This document shows positions 39,116-49,526 of a stretch of DNA of 64,000 nucleotides, one piece after another. A model generated the notes under the pieces. That model was not told where the DNA came from. It ran no database searches and saw only the letters and a list, made by a program, of their open reading frames with translations. Source of the DNA: a virus; the IMG/VR virus record IMGVR_UViG_3300022689_000474, positions 32,001 through 96,000 of that record; one strand, written 5' to 3'. Both the position numbers and the translations under genes were made by a program. Position 1 is the first letter of the stretch; each line of letters begins with the position of its first letter.

Positions 39116-40175
39116 AAGTGTAAATCAAGTCATATCTTCTTTTAGAAGGTATATCAGTTCTATTGATCCTAAACTATCTCTATTTCCTGCATATGGTAAT
39201 TTATATATAATATTTAGAGCCATATCTTCTGTAATAACTTCACAAGAGTATGATTTCCTTACTGAAATAAATAAATATAATATAAATCTTGCTGAGAAAG
39301 ATATTTTAGATGCTTTAGGAAATCAATATGGAATTGAAAGATTAATGGGGTCTAAAGCAAGTGGAGGTGTATTAATATCAGGTAATACTCAATTTATAAG
39401 AAAAGGAACTATATTAACAAATGTTAGTCAAGACTTAGAATATGAAATAACTAGTAATATAAGGTTAATAAATAATATAGAAACAATGGCACCTGTATTA
39501 TCTCTTATTAAAAGTTCTAGAGCAAATATTAGAGAAGGTACTTATTTATATTCCAGGGCTTACCCTAATCATAATTTTTTAGTTGGTTCCTTTAGAGATT
39601 CTTTTAATACAGTATCCGGTCCAATATTAGGAGGTATGGATAAAGAAAGTGATTCAGATTATAGAAGTAGAATAAAAGGTCATATAAATGGAACTATAAA
39701 TGCTAGTTCTTATGTAAATATTTACTCTAAACTTAAATCTTTAGATTTTGTAGGAGATCTTTTTATTAGAGAACATTGGCCTGTACCAGGTATCGTTACT
39801 ATATATAGTAATATAAAAGATACTTATTTGATAGAAGAAATGAATAAAGTATTATTACCTCTTCGTCCATTAGGTGTTTCTCTTATTTATAAACCTGTAA
39901 TGAAATATTCAGTTAATATAGAGTTAAGTGTAAAGGTTAGTAGTACTGATTCTATAGATACTGTAGATAATTTCTTAGATGGGGAAATACATAACTATTT
40001 CTCTTCTCTAATAATAGGTCAAACATTGAGTAGGGTGGATCTACAATCTTCTTTATCTTCTTCTTTAATTGGAGTAAAGTCTTTAACTATACTTAAACCG
40101 GAGTCTGATGTTATGGTAACTGAAGATGTACTTTTGGTTCCTGGTCAAATTAGAAAATCATTCCATGAAATTTAA
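39105..40175 (+). CDS. baseplate J-like protein
   Basis: AEKDILDALGNQYGIERL..SKASGGV, IRKGT, GGMDKESDSDYRSRI, PGIVTIY, LRPLGV motifs. Confidence 0.9.
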   Translation: MKLRSVNQVISSFRRYISSIDPKLSLFPAYGNLYIIFRAISSVITSQEYDFLTEINKYNINLAEKDILDALGNQYGIERLMGSKASGGVLISGNTQFIRKGTILTNVSQDLEYEITSNIRLINNIETMAPVLSLIKSSRANIREGTYLYSRAYPNHNFLVGSFRDSFNTVSGPILGGMDKESDSDYRSRIKGHINGTINASSYVNIYSKLKSLDFVGDLFIREHWPVPGIVTIYSNIKDTYLIEEMNKVLLPLRPLGVSLIYKPVMKYSVNIELSVKVSSTDSIDTVDNFLDGEIHNYFSSLIIGQTLSRVDLQSSLSSSLIGVKSLTILKPESDVMVTEDVLLVPGQIRKSFHEI

Positions 40176-40177
40176 TT

Positions 40178-43100
40178 ATGTCCTGTTATTATGATAACTA
40201 TAATAGTTTGAGGTTTCTCAGTACCTTAGATGACATTTATAATTCTTCTAAAAGTTTACGTCTAGAATTTCAATTATTAGACTTTTATCCATCTTCTACT
40301 ACTCCTTCAGTACTTAGAGGTTCTATTAAGGGTCTTGATCTTTATAGAAATTATACTGATTTATTTGAACCCGGTTGCTTTCAATCTGGTTGCTTTATGG
40401 AACCAGGCTCTTGGAGTGAATATGATGAAATGGATCTTGTTCCTGATTACTCTAATTCTCCTTTATTTTCTACTGATTGCTTCTCAATTGGTTGTTGGGA
40501 TGACTTTAGTCATAGCTGTTCTATATCTATTTATTCCTCTGATACACCTAATATTTGTAATTCTAATTATGAATTGGTAGATTCTTATACAGATTGTATA
40601 GGATATTCTCCTATTCTAGAAGATTATTTTGATCCCCCTTCAAGTCCAAATGTAAGGAACTTTACAATGGGTCATTATGTTTATCTATCTAATAGATATA
40701 GACAATATATTACTAAATTAAATAGATATTATTCTGGTTCATTAGAAGGTAATAGTTATGTAGAAAGAGGTACTACTAGAGAAAAGTATTTTATCACTTA
40801 TCAAAATATGTTTGGTAGTGAATGTTATACAAATGTACCAAGCCCGATGGGGTTATTAAATTTATATTTTGTAGGAGGTACTAGTCCTGTATTATTAGCT
40901 TCATTTTCTCCAGATAGATCCATTGTATGTAAATATAATCAAACTTATTCGTTTGAAGGTAAAAGTTATTCCTCTTTATTATTTATAGGTTCACGAGCTG
41001 TAATACATGAAATAGAGTTTCTTAAAAGTGAATTTATTCTTAATCCCCCTAATCTTACTTATAAAGATTGTAATAATTATAGTTCCCCTAGAATTATTAC
41101 TAGGTCGAATAGGAACTTTTTATATAAAGATGATTCTGGTTTGAGATTATTATGGTACCCAGGATCTTTAGATGAAATAGGTAATTCATATGTAGTAGAT
41201 ATAGGTTATATCAATGATAGATATGGTGAAGAAGGTCTTATTACATATTATGATTATAATGTACCACTAAATTCTAATGGTATATTTAAATCTACTACTA
41301 CAATGATAGATGGTATACTAGCTATAAGGTTAAAAAGAGTTACTAAGTATAACATCACTATCTTAAGAGTATTTATTTATCCACTAGATATTCATTTGAT
41401 GAGAACTTATTATCTATTAGGTGAAAGATCTAGAGATAGTAATATTGTTAATCTCGAAGCTCTTAGTATTTCTCTAATACAAATAATGTTAAGTGGTCAT
41501 TTAGAAGATCATTTATGTGTAGAAAGAAGAGGACATTGGTACTTAGAACCTTATCTTAGAAAAGTATTGAAGGAAGAATTTGATATTTTATATAAACTTA
41601 TAGATAATATATCTGATTTGAAATATTTAAGTAGATATGGTTCTATCCCTTTAAGATTATCAGTATTTGGTATATCTGAACCTATCTACGATGATAATTA
41701 TTTTCCTTCTTTTTCTAAAGGTTTATTTGTAGATTACCTATTTGAACCAGGTTGTTTTGATAATTGTATTTATCTTGAAGGTGCAGATAGAGAGATTTCT
41801 AATAGATCATTAGCATGGTTATTATATGCTTTATGTTCTTATTCGAGAGTATTTCCATCTGATAGAAATAGATATAAAAGCTTTATAAATAGGATAGCTA
41901 ATTATCTTATATCAAATATAGATCATAGATATAGATTGATATATAAAGGATGGACTCATAATGATATTTATAGTTATTCCGAATTAATAGATGATTATCC
42001 TACAAGCACTAATATTGTTACTTGTCTAGCTTTACTTAAAGCTTATGATGTTACTAAAGAAACTGCTTTTCTAGAAGTAGGAACTGATTTATATCAAGGT
42101 ATATTAAATTATTTATATTTACCTGATATGCAAGTATGTGCTCATTCTTTAGATATTGATGGTGTCTCTTTAGATTCTTTATTACATTCTTTATGGTTAT
42201 TCTTAGAACTTAATAATGCACCCTTTGTAGAAAAGATATTAAACTTATTATTAATCAGATTAAAACCAAGAGATGATATAGATGTATATACCTCGATATA
42301 TTATGAAGATCAAATGGAGGATATAGAAAATATTTATTATAACGGTCTCTTAATAACTACTATTAATAAAGATAATTCCATTCTTTCTTCAATACCTTTT
42401 AATATGACTGAAGAAGACTTTATTAATACTCTAAATGATGAAGAATATCAATTTATATATTTATCTCTTTTATCTCATAGATTAAATGAAGCTCTAAATA
42501 CTTATAGTTTTGATCCTTTATATATTCCTATTATTGATCACTTTAAGAATAAGTTGAATCAATATGATTGTTTAACTCATTCTTATCATTCATTAATAAG
42601 AACTAATATTCTTAATAATAATTTATTATTTGGACATAAATTATTTAAAATAGAATGTCTAGAAAGTGTTAATACTCTTATAGCTTCTAGGAAGTATTTA
42701 TATAATAAATTGAAAGGTAGTATACCAACTAGATTTAATTGGTTTAGTAGAGCTTCTTTATTACCTTCAGGAAATATGGGTAAGATGTTATTAACATTCT
42801 CTAAAGCTCTTGCTCCAATATCTATACTTATAAGTAGAATTTCAGAATTCTTTATACTTAAAGATGCTAGAGGTGTATTATTAGACCAAGAAGGTGAAGA
42901 TATATTAATGCCTAGGTTTGATGGGGAAGTTTATTTAGATTATTTAGATAGAATGAAGAAATTTATGCATATAGAAAATGGTACTAGACAGGGTCTAATG
43001 AATCTATTTGAGCTATATCATATCAATTCTAACACATATAGAAAGAAGGTTATAGGTACATCAGATATATATAATACTAGTTATAATTCAGAATTTATTA

Positions 43101-43522
43101 GTGATGATTATACTTTAGGTTATTTATACTCTGAAGGGAGTCATGATGATGAGTATTTAATAACTGATATGAATATACCTCCAGTAGTTATGAGAAATGT
43201 AATGGATAAGAAAGGTTTAGGTGTTAGTCTTTCTTTCATTACGTTAAATAATATATACTCATGTAATCCTAAAAATGAAGGAGATATATATATAACTCCT
43301 CCATCAAGTATAATGCCAGAAATATCATCTTCATTAATATGTACTAGTGATTGTTATGACGTATATAGAATTTCTATACCTGAAACATATCCTTATCCAC
43401 TATATATAAATAACGATGGAGATCCTCCAAATATTCTATATGTTTCTACAATTCCACTTGAAGGTAGTATAGATGTGTTAATTCCTCCAAATACTCAGAA
43501 AGTGATAATGATCAATCCTTAA
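40178..43522 (+). CDS. large baseplate protein: Cys-rich N-terminus, alpha-barrel-like middle, gpI-like wedge domain
   Basis: C-terminal ARGVLLDQEGEDILMPRFDGE..LDYLDRM...GTRQGL is P2 gpI/wedge-like; middle AWLLYALCSY...ANYL...TNIVTCLALLKAYDVTKETAFLE resembles six-hairpin (alpha/alpha)6 glycosidase repeats. Confidence 0.6.
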   Translation: MSCYYDNYNSLRFLSTLDDIYNSSKSLRLEFQLLDFYPSSTTPSVLRGSIKGLDLYRNYTDLFEPGCFQSGCFMEPGSWSEYDEMDLVPDYSNSPLFSTDCFSIGCWDDFSHSCSISIYSSDTPNICNSNYELVDSYTDCIGYSPILEDYFDPPSSPNVRNFTMGHYVYLSNRYRQYITKLNRYYSGSLEGNSYVERGTTREKYFITYQNMFGSECYTNVPSPMGLLNLYFVGGTSPVLLASFSPDRSIVCKYNQTYSFEGKSYSSLLFIGSRAVIHEIEFLKSEFILNPPNLTYKDCNNYSSPRIITRSNRNFLYKDDSGLRLLWYPGSLDEIGNSYVVDIGYINDRYGEEGLITYYDYNVPLNSNGIFKSTTTMIDGILAIRLKRVTKYNITILRVFIYPLDIHLMRTYYLLGERSRDSNIVNLEALSISLIQIMLSGHLEDHLCVERRGHWYLEPYLRKVLKEEFDILYKLIDNISDLKYLSRYGSIPLRLSVFGISEPIYDDNYFPSFSKGLFVDYLFEPGCFDNCIYLEGADREISNRSLAWLLYALCSYSRVFPSDRNRYKSFINRIANYLISNIDHRYRLIYKGWTHNDIYSYSELIDDYPTSTNIVTCLALLKAYDVTKETAFLEVGTDLYQGILNYLYLPDMQVCAHSLDIDGVSLDSLLHSLWLFLELNNAPFVEKILNLLLIRLKPRDDIDVYTSIYYEDQMEDIENIYYNGLLITTINKDNSILSSIPFNMTEEDFINTLNDEEYQFIYLSLLSHRLNEALNTYSFDPLYIPIIDHFKNKLNQYDCLTHSYHSLIRTNILNNNLLFGHKLFKIECLESVNTLIASRKYLYNKLKGSIPTRFNWFSRASLLPSGNMGKMLLTFSKALAPISILISRISEFFILKDARGVLLDQEGEDILMPRFDGEVYLDYLDRMKKFMHIENGTRQGLMNLFELYHINSNTYRKKVIGTSDIYNTSYNSEFISDDYTLGYLYSEGSHDDEYLITDMNIPPVVMRNVMDKKGLGVSLSFITLNNIYSCNPKNEGDIYITPPSSIMPEISSSLICTSDCYDVYRISIPETYPYPLYINNDGDPPNILYVSTIPLEGSIDVLIPPNTQKVIMINP

Positions 43523-43528
43523 TATATT

Positions 43529-44668
43529 ATGAATAAAGATCAAGTAAAGTTAATTATAGTAAAGGTAAATCCTTATACTCTTAGTACTGCTATTATTGCT
43601 TATAAATTAGGAATAAGAAATATAACTCTTATAGATAATAACCCTTTAAAGTACTGGGGACCTGTATATAAGCCCTTAAAGTTAGAAATGAATACTCCAG
43701 TTACTATGGACTTAGTATCTATGAGTAATATAGGTAGAGAATATTCTCTTGCTAAGTTCTTAGACTTTATAGATAAATATCCTTTGTCTCAAGCTAATAT
43801 AGAAGGAAGTAAAACTTTTATACCATATATAAAATTCAGAAAGTATTTAGAAAATACAGTAATGAGTTTAAAAGGTTATGGAATAAAGTTTATAGAAAAG
43901 GGTATAGAAGGTATATATAGTAATTATATAAAGTTAGAAGATAATTCTTCTATAAATTTTACACATATTGTATTAGGTTATGAGGATTATGAAGAGATAT
44001 ATCCATCTTGGATTACCTCAACACAAATAGGTGATAAGAGATTAGATGATATTATGATACAAGATATGGAAAAGGATTTAGATATAAAATGTGCTATTGT
44101 TGGGACAAGTAATAAATGTTTATATTATTGTAATTTATTATCAGAAAAGAATATACAAAATACTTGGTTCCCAGATAAAAGGTTTATAAATAGAAAATAT
44201 GTTTTACCTTCTTTTAGAGAATGGAGTTCTAAGACTGCTTATTCTTCTTATTATTCAAATATACCATCTAAGTATTTCAAACAGAAATATAAAAATTCTA
44301 TAGAGAATTATCCAATTGGTCTTAAAGCTTCTTTATTAAATCATTTAAATAACTATAAAGAAAGTAAAAGAGTAGATACAGAATTGACTAGTTCTAAAAA
44401 AGTTAATGATCAAATAAATAGATATGAATTTATTTATTGTGATTTACAGAAATCATATAATATATCAGCGTTACCTATAAAAGATAAATTATCTAAATCA
44501 GAGGTATATACAACTTTACCTAAATTAAGGAATACATATAATGCAATAGATAATGAGAAAATGTTTTTCATAGGACCTTATAGTATGGATATTGGAGGTG
44601 TATTTCAATCTACACTTAATTCTACTGGATATACATCTGAGATAATAATAAAAGAAATAATAAAATAG
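43529..44668 (+). CDS. degenerate FAD/NAD(P)-binding (lysine/ornithine N-monooxygenase-like) protein
   Basis: LIIVKVNPYTLSTAI..ITLIDNNP...W, MNTPVTMDLVS, FRKYL, HIVLG...P.W, CAIVGTS, MFFIGP..M..GG follow the two-Rossmann layout, but the GxGxxG glycines are lost. Confidence 0.5.
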   Translation: MNKDQVKLIIVKVNPYTLSTAIIAYKLGIRNITLIDNNPLKYWGPVYKPLKLEMNTPVTMDLVSMSNIGREYSLAKFLDFIDKYPLSQANIEGSKTFIPYIKFRKYLENTVMSLKGYGIKFIEKGIEGIYSNYIKLEDNSSINFTHIVLGYEDYEEIYPSWITSTQIGDKRLDDIMIQDMEKDLDIKCAIVGTSNKCLYYCNLLSEKNIQNTWFPDKRFINRKYVLPSFREWSSKTAYSSYYSNIPSKYFKQKYKNSIENYPIGLKASLLNHLNNYKESKRVDTELTSSKKVNDQINRYEFIYCDLQKSYNISALPIKDKLSKSEVYTTLPKLRNTYNAIDNEKMFFIGPYSMDIGGVFQSTLNSTGYTSEIIIKEIIK

Positions 44669-44677
44669 GTACAAGAT

Positions 44678-45214
44678 ATGAATCCTTATAAGTACCAAAC
44701 TTTCAATACATTAACTTTTGCTGGTAGAAGAAAAAGAGCTTTATATTTTATACAAGGGATATATGAACCATATATAGTATTAGCTAAGCCAACTATTTGG
44801 AATTCAGATGATATTCCTCCAACAGATTATCCCAATGATATTGAATTTATATCTGAACCTATAATATATAAGAAAGTAATATCTATAGAGATATTAGAAG
44901 GTAATGCTTGTAATATAAAAAATGCTAATAAGTTTTCATATATAAATAATGGGTTTATAAAGACTTATCAAGAAGATACTGTTCAAGTAATAATAACTAC
45001 TCGTTTAAATTCTTTAGATATAGGTAGTACAAGTTTTAGGATTATTGGTTTATATTCAGATTTAGTATTAAGTAATGGTATTAGTCTTGATAAAGAAATA
45101 TATCAACCATATGAAGTTAAAGACCCGGGTATACTCCATTGGTTTAGTATATCTACACCTCTTACATTTAACTATGAAGATAGTAGGGAGATAAATATAG
45201 TATTATTATTCTAA
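44678..45214 (+). CDS. baseplate wedge / fibre-attachment subunit (T4 gp8-like)
   Basis: LAKPTIWNSDDIPP...IIYKKV...FRIIGLYSDL...PYEVKDPGIL pattern commonly found upstream of DUF4815 genes. Confidence 0.6.
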   Translation: MNPYKYQTFNTLTFAGRRKRALYFIQGIYEPYIVLAKPTIWNSDDIPPTDYPNDIEFISEPIIYKKVISIEILEGNACNIKNANKFSYINNGFIKTYQEDTVQVIITTRLNSLDIGSTSFRIIGLYSDLVLSNGISLDKEIYQPYEVKDPGILHWFSISTPLTFNYEDSREINIVLLF

Positions 45215-45227
45215 AAATAGTTCTGAT

Positions 45228-48200
45228 ATGAGTGAAATATATAGTTATAAAAGTTTAGATATATATAGAGATAGGGCTTCATCTGATAAGAATTGGTTGA
45301 GGATTATACCAATACCTGGTCGTCCTATACAAAATAATGAGTTGATAGAATTACAATCTATAGTACAAAATCAACTTAAATTGGCCTTATCTTCTATATA
45401 TAAAAATCATTCTCCTATAGATGGATTACGTATATATATACAAGAAAATACTATTAAAGTTACTCCTGGTAAATTCTTTATAGATGGATTTGTTTTAGAT
45501 ATACCAAGTGCTATCTTCTCTCAAAATATAGCTGTAGATAGTCAAACAGCTTTACTTAATAGTATTGATTTTGAAGAGACAATAACCATTGGTATTAAAG
45601 TAGATGAACAGATAATTACAGAAATAGAAGATCCTAGTCTTAGAGATCTTATTAATAATACAAATTTATATGGTTATCCAGGAGCTCATAGATTAGTTTG
45701 GAATGCTAAGGTAGTGTTTAATGATCCCTCTTCATTTCAAATAGGTTATGTAAAAAGAGGAGTTGTTTATCAAAGTAGAATATCATCTATAGGTAAATTA
45801 GAAGATCTTATAGCTCTTACAAATTATGAAAGAAATGGCAATTATATATCTTCAGGATACGAAGTAGAAGCTAATAATCAATTTACATCTATAAATCAAT
45901 TTGTAAATTATAGTGGATATTATTCTCCTGAAAGTACTAATTTAAAGTTTATTAGATCTTTACAAGAATCTTTAGACGAAGCTCAGTTAAATTATGATAA
46001 TTTATCTACTTCTCTATCTTCTGCTTTGAGAGATTATAATAATAATCCTACTGATACAGCATCTTCTTTTATTAATAAAAGTTCTAAAAGATTAAATAAT
46101 ATTTTATATGATATAGATTTTTATAGATCTAAATTATCTGAATCTATAAATAATCTAAATGTAGATTATGGAAACTTGAGATCAGAAGGTATTATAGATG
46201 AAATTATAGTTGCTCCTGGTATTGCTTCTGTAAAGGGGTATCGTGTAGAGAAATCATCTTCTACTAAATTCTCTATACCTAGAGTTTTAAGTGAAGGTAG
46301 GGTTATAGGGGCTAAATTTAGATATCGTAATGATAATTCTGTAACCCGTAGATCAATTTTATTACATGAAGGTTATACCATACCTGGAATTAAAACTTTA
46401 GAAAAAGAATTATATATATCTTTATCAGGTATTTTATATCAAGAATTATCTCTTTCTCCTAAAATTACTGTTTTATTAAATAATAATCTACCTGAATATG
46501 TCATTAATATGGATTCTCTTATAGATTTCATTGTTAATGAATTAGTATTCTCTATATCTCTACATCCTAATATTCAGATATATGATCATACATCTCCAGA
46601 TAGGGATAGAGTAGTATTAAGATCTATAATTAATAATAATTTAATAATATCTAAGGTATCAAATAATACGATAGAGTTTTCTTCTATAACAGCATCTATA
46701 AAGATGATAAATACAACTACATCAACAGACTTTATGGAGTGGGATAGGAGGAGTACATATATAGGGGATGCTTCTACTCTTAGAGATTTTCAATTGGGGT
46801 TTAGACCAGTAGTAGAAATAGATTCATTAGTAGCTGACTTAGAAAAGTTAAATGAAGCGGTTATAAGGAGTAATGGAGATAGAGATATGTTAGGAGATGA
46901 TTCAGTATTTTCAGTTATTAGAGTATTCCAAGGTGGTATATCATTTACAGAAAATATAGATTTTATACTAGATGGTCTCAATAGTATAAGATGGATCTCT
47001 TCTAATAGACCAAATCTTAATAGTATTTATTATGTTAGTTATATATATACTGAACCATTAGAACAAGATATACATTATAGATTAAATAGATTAAATGACA
47101 GTATAGAGTTTATAAGTGATAAGAAACCAGTACAAGGAGGTACTTTTACTGTAGATTATACATATGCTATAGATAGATATGGTTATGTTTCTTTGAATAG
47201 ATTTGGAAATATTAAAGTACAATTCAATGAGTTAGATGTAAAGGTAATACCATCTCCACCTAAAGATGAATTATTATTATCTAAATTAGTAATGAATCCA
47301 AAGGGAATAGAAGTATATAATAATGAGTATTCTAAATCCCTTACAGTCTCTCAATTAAATAGTTTCGAACAGAGATTAAAGGAAATAGAAATAAATATAG
47401 ATACTACTCTTGATATTATAGAAGGTTATGGTTATGTAAGTAGTGAAACACCTCTTAGTATATCTAAAAGTTTCTTATTTGAAAAGCTTAATGAAGATAT
47501 TAATTATGTAGAAAGTACTTTCTCCTATTTACCTCTTATAGGAGCAGCAGGACCTATATCTTATTATGCAGATTTAGAATTAAGAAGAGTATCAGGAGGA
47601 CATTTAATAAGGAATAATTTAGATAATACACCAAGTGCTGTTTGTTTACCTTATTCTAATAATACTTTACCTATTGGAGTAGAAAGGGAAACTACTTCAA
47701 GTATTAATCTAACTTATATAGAAAGAGATAGAGCATATATACACGTATCTCCCAGATCATTCTTTTATAATTACACAGCTGATTCTACTGATACTAATGT
47801 GACGTATCCATCATCATATATATCTTTATTACTTTCTAATAATATCAACTCTCCAAGTATTAGTAAGTTTGCTAGATCATTATTTAGAAATTATACAAGA
47901 TATATATTACCCCTTAATTATGATGTACAGAGTAGTATTGAATATGGTATCTCTTATGATACTTTATATACTTTAGATGAATTGAAAGATCTAGAGGGTC
48001 TTTCAGGTATAAAGATAAGACCTGATTATATCTTAGTATACTCCTGGAATTTACCTAAATCTAAAAAAGGATTTACTGTATATATAGATGGTGATCTAGT
48101 AGATAATTTAATCCCTTTAGAAGGAACTCAAATAGTAGGTAATACTCTTACTTCATCATTTGAAGGAGAGCTAAAGTTTAAGATATTTTTACCATCTGAC

Positions 48201-49514
48201 TTGAATACCGGGTCATATATTATCTCTATAGTTAGAGGAGCTTTTAAAGCTGAAGGAATATTTAATATAATGAATAATCCAGTTAATAATATGGTAATGA
48301 GTTCTAATAATATTTGGGATAGTAGTGTAGATCTCCTTACTTATTCAGATCAATGGAACTATTCTGAAGGTATTATTAATACCAATTCTACTTATGATAT
48401 CTCTGTTAGTGATACTTCATCTAGTAGTCTTTATACTAATTCTAGAAGTCCTATTAATCAATTATTTATATGTTCTTCTACTTTCTTTATAGATTCTATA
48501 GATATTAGTTATACTAATTTAGGTATTAGTGGTACATATATATTATTTAGAGAAACATTATTATCAGGAGAATATTCTAATGTAGAATATATTCCTAGTG
48601 AAAGTGTATTATCTAAAGGATTTCCTATATCTACAATAGTAGAAGATGGTATTAGTACAATAACTTATAAATTTCCTGAGCCTATAAAAGTTAATAGAGG
48701 AGATATATATTGTGTAAGTATAGAGAGTCTTGGAGACGAATATACTTTACTTACTAATAACTTTAATTATAAAGAGGATAATGATTATCTCATCTTTTAT
48801 GATGATTATAATAATTACAAATTATTATTATCTAGTGATGGATATTCTCTAATAGAATCTTCTAATCAAAACTTAATATATAATCTAAATATATGTAATT
48901 TCTCAGAAGATATGATAGTTACTGTTGATTTAGGTAATTATAATCATCCTTCTTCAAGTATTATATCTCACTTCTCTTTAAATTGTGGTTTATTAGTACC
49001 TGAAAGTACTTCCATTTCATTTGAATATAATGGAGGTTCAGGATGGAAATCATTCTATCCTAATTCTTTAATCAGTATAGATAGTAATAGTAGTGTATTA
49101 AGTTTAAGAGCTAATTTATATAGTAGTGATGTAAATGTATCTCCAATTTTATCTTTAGAAGGAAGTTCTGTTGCTTTATATACAAATTCAGGAAGTATTA
49201 TTATATATAGTAAACCAATTATATCTACAGATACTTATACAAATGTAGAAGTTCATATAGAACTAAAAGTAAATAGTACTACTACTATGTCAGTTATAGG
49301 GTCATCAACTTCTGGAGATACTTGGTTCAACTTAAATAAAGATCCTAGAGAATTCTTAATTGATTCAACAGGTACAGTTGTTAGGTATATATATAGAAAG
49401 GTAGATTTACCTTCAAATGTAATAAGGAATAATTTTATATTTAAGATAAATTGTAATTTCACCCAGGCTCATGACTTTTCTTTTATAAAAGTTATAAAAG
49501 TATATGCCTATTAA
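45228..49514 (+). CDS. DUF4815-family baseplate / receptor-binding protein
   Basis: YRDR...KNW..I...PGRPIQNNELIELQSI, EDPSLRD...YGYPGAHRL, YERNGNYISSG, PGIASVKGYRVE. Confidence 0.8.
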   Translation: MSEIYSYKSLDIYRDRASSDKNWLRIIPIPGRPIQNNELIELQSIVQNQLKLALSSIYKNHSPIDGLRIYIQENTIKVTPGKFFIDGFVLDIPSAIFSQNIAVDSQTALLNSIDFEETITIGIKVDEQIITEIEDPSLRDLINNTNLYGYPGAHRLVWNAKVVFNDPSSFQIGYVKRGVVYQSRISSIGKLEDLIALTNYERNGNYISSGYEVEANNQFTSINQFVNYSGYYSPESTNLKFIRSLQESLDEAQLNYDNLSTSLSSALRDYNNNPTDTASSFINKSSKRLNNILYDIDFYRSKLSESINNLNVDYGNLRSEGIIDEIIVAPGIASVKGYRVEKSSSTKFSIPRVLSEGRVIGAKFRYRNDNSVTRRSILLHEGYTIPGIKTLEKELYISLSGILYQELSLSPKITVLLNNNLPEYVINMDSLIDFIVNELVFSISLHPNIQIYDHTSPDRDRVVLRSIINNNLIISKVSNNTIEFSSITASIKMINTTTSTDFMEWDRRSTYIGDASTLRDFQLGFRPVVEIDSLVADLEKLNEAVIRSNGDRDMLGDDSVFSVIRVFQGGISFTENIDFILDGLNSIRWISSNRPNLNSIYYVSYIYTEPLEQDIHYRLNRLNDSIEFISDKKPVQGGTFTVDYTYAIDRYGYVSLNRFGNIKVQFNELDVKVIPSPPKDELLLSKLVMNPKGIEVYNNEYSKSLTVSQLNSFEQRLKEIEINIDTTLDIIEGYGYVSSETPLSISKSFLFEKLNEDINYVESTFSYLPLIGAAGPISYYADLELRRVSGGHLIRNNLDNTPSAVCLPYSNNTLPIGVERETTSSINLTYIERDRAYIHVSPRSFFYNYTADSTDTNVTYPSSYISLLLSNNINSPSISKFARSLFRNYTRYILPLNYDVQSSIEYGISYDTLYTLDELKDLEGLSGIKIRPDYILVYSWNLPKSKKGFTVYIDGDLVDNLIPLEGTQIVGNTLTSSFEGELKFKIFLPSDLNTGSYIISIVRGAFKAEGIFNIMNNPVNNMVMSSNNIWDSSVDLLTYSDQWNYSEGIINTNSTYDISVSDTSSSSLYTNSRSPINQLFICSSTFFIDSIDISYTNLGISGTYILFRETLLSGEYSNVEYIPSESVLSKGFPISTIVEDGISTITYKFPEPIKVNRGDIYCVSIESLGDEYTLLTNNFNYKEDNDYLIFYDDYNNYKLLLSSDGYSLIESSNQNLIYNLNICNFSEDMIVTVDLGNYNHPSSSIISHFSLNCGLLVPESTSISFEYNGGSGWKSFYPNSLISIDSNSSVLSLRANLYSSDVNVSPILSLEGSSVALYTNSGSIIIYSKPIISTDTYTNVEVHIELKVNSTTTMSVIGSSTSGDTWFNLNKDPREFLIDSTGTVVRYIYRKVDLPSNVIRNNFIFKINCNFTQAHDFSFIKVIKVYAY

Positions 49515-49526
49515 ATTAATAAACAA

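Noticed and set aside
19010-45214. Extracellular contractile injection system, tailocin or T6SS locus
   Set aside because: Portal, prohead protease and major capsid genes lie in the same operon, so this is a phage virion module.
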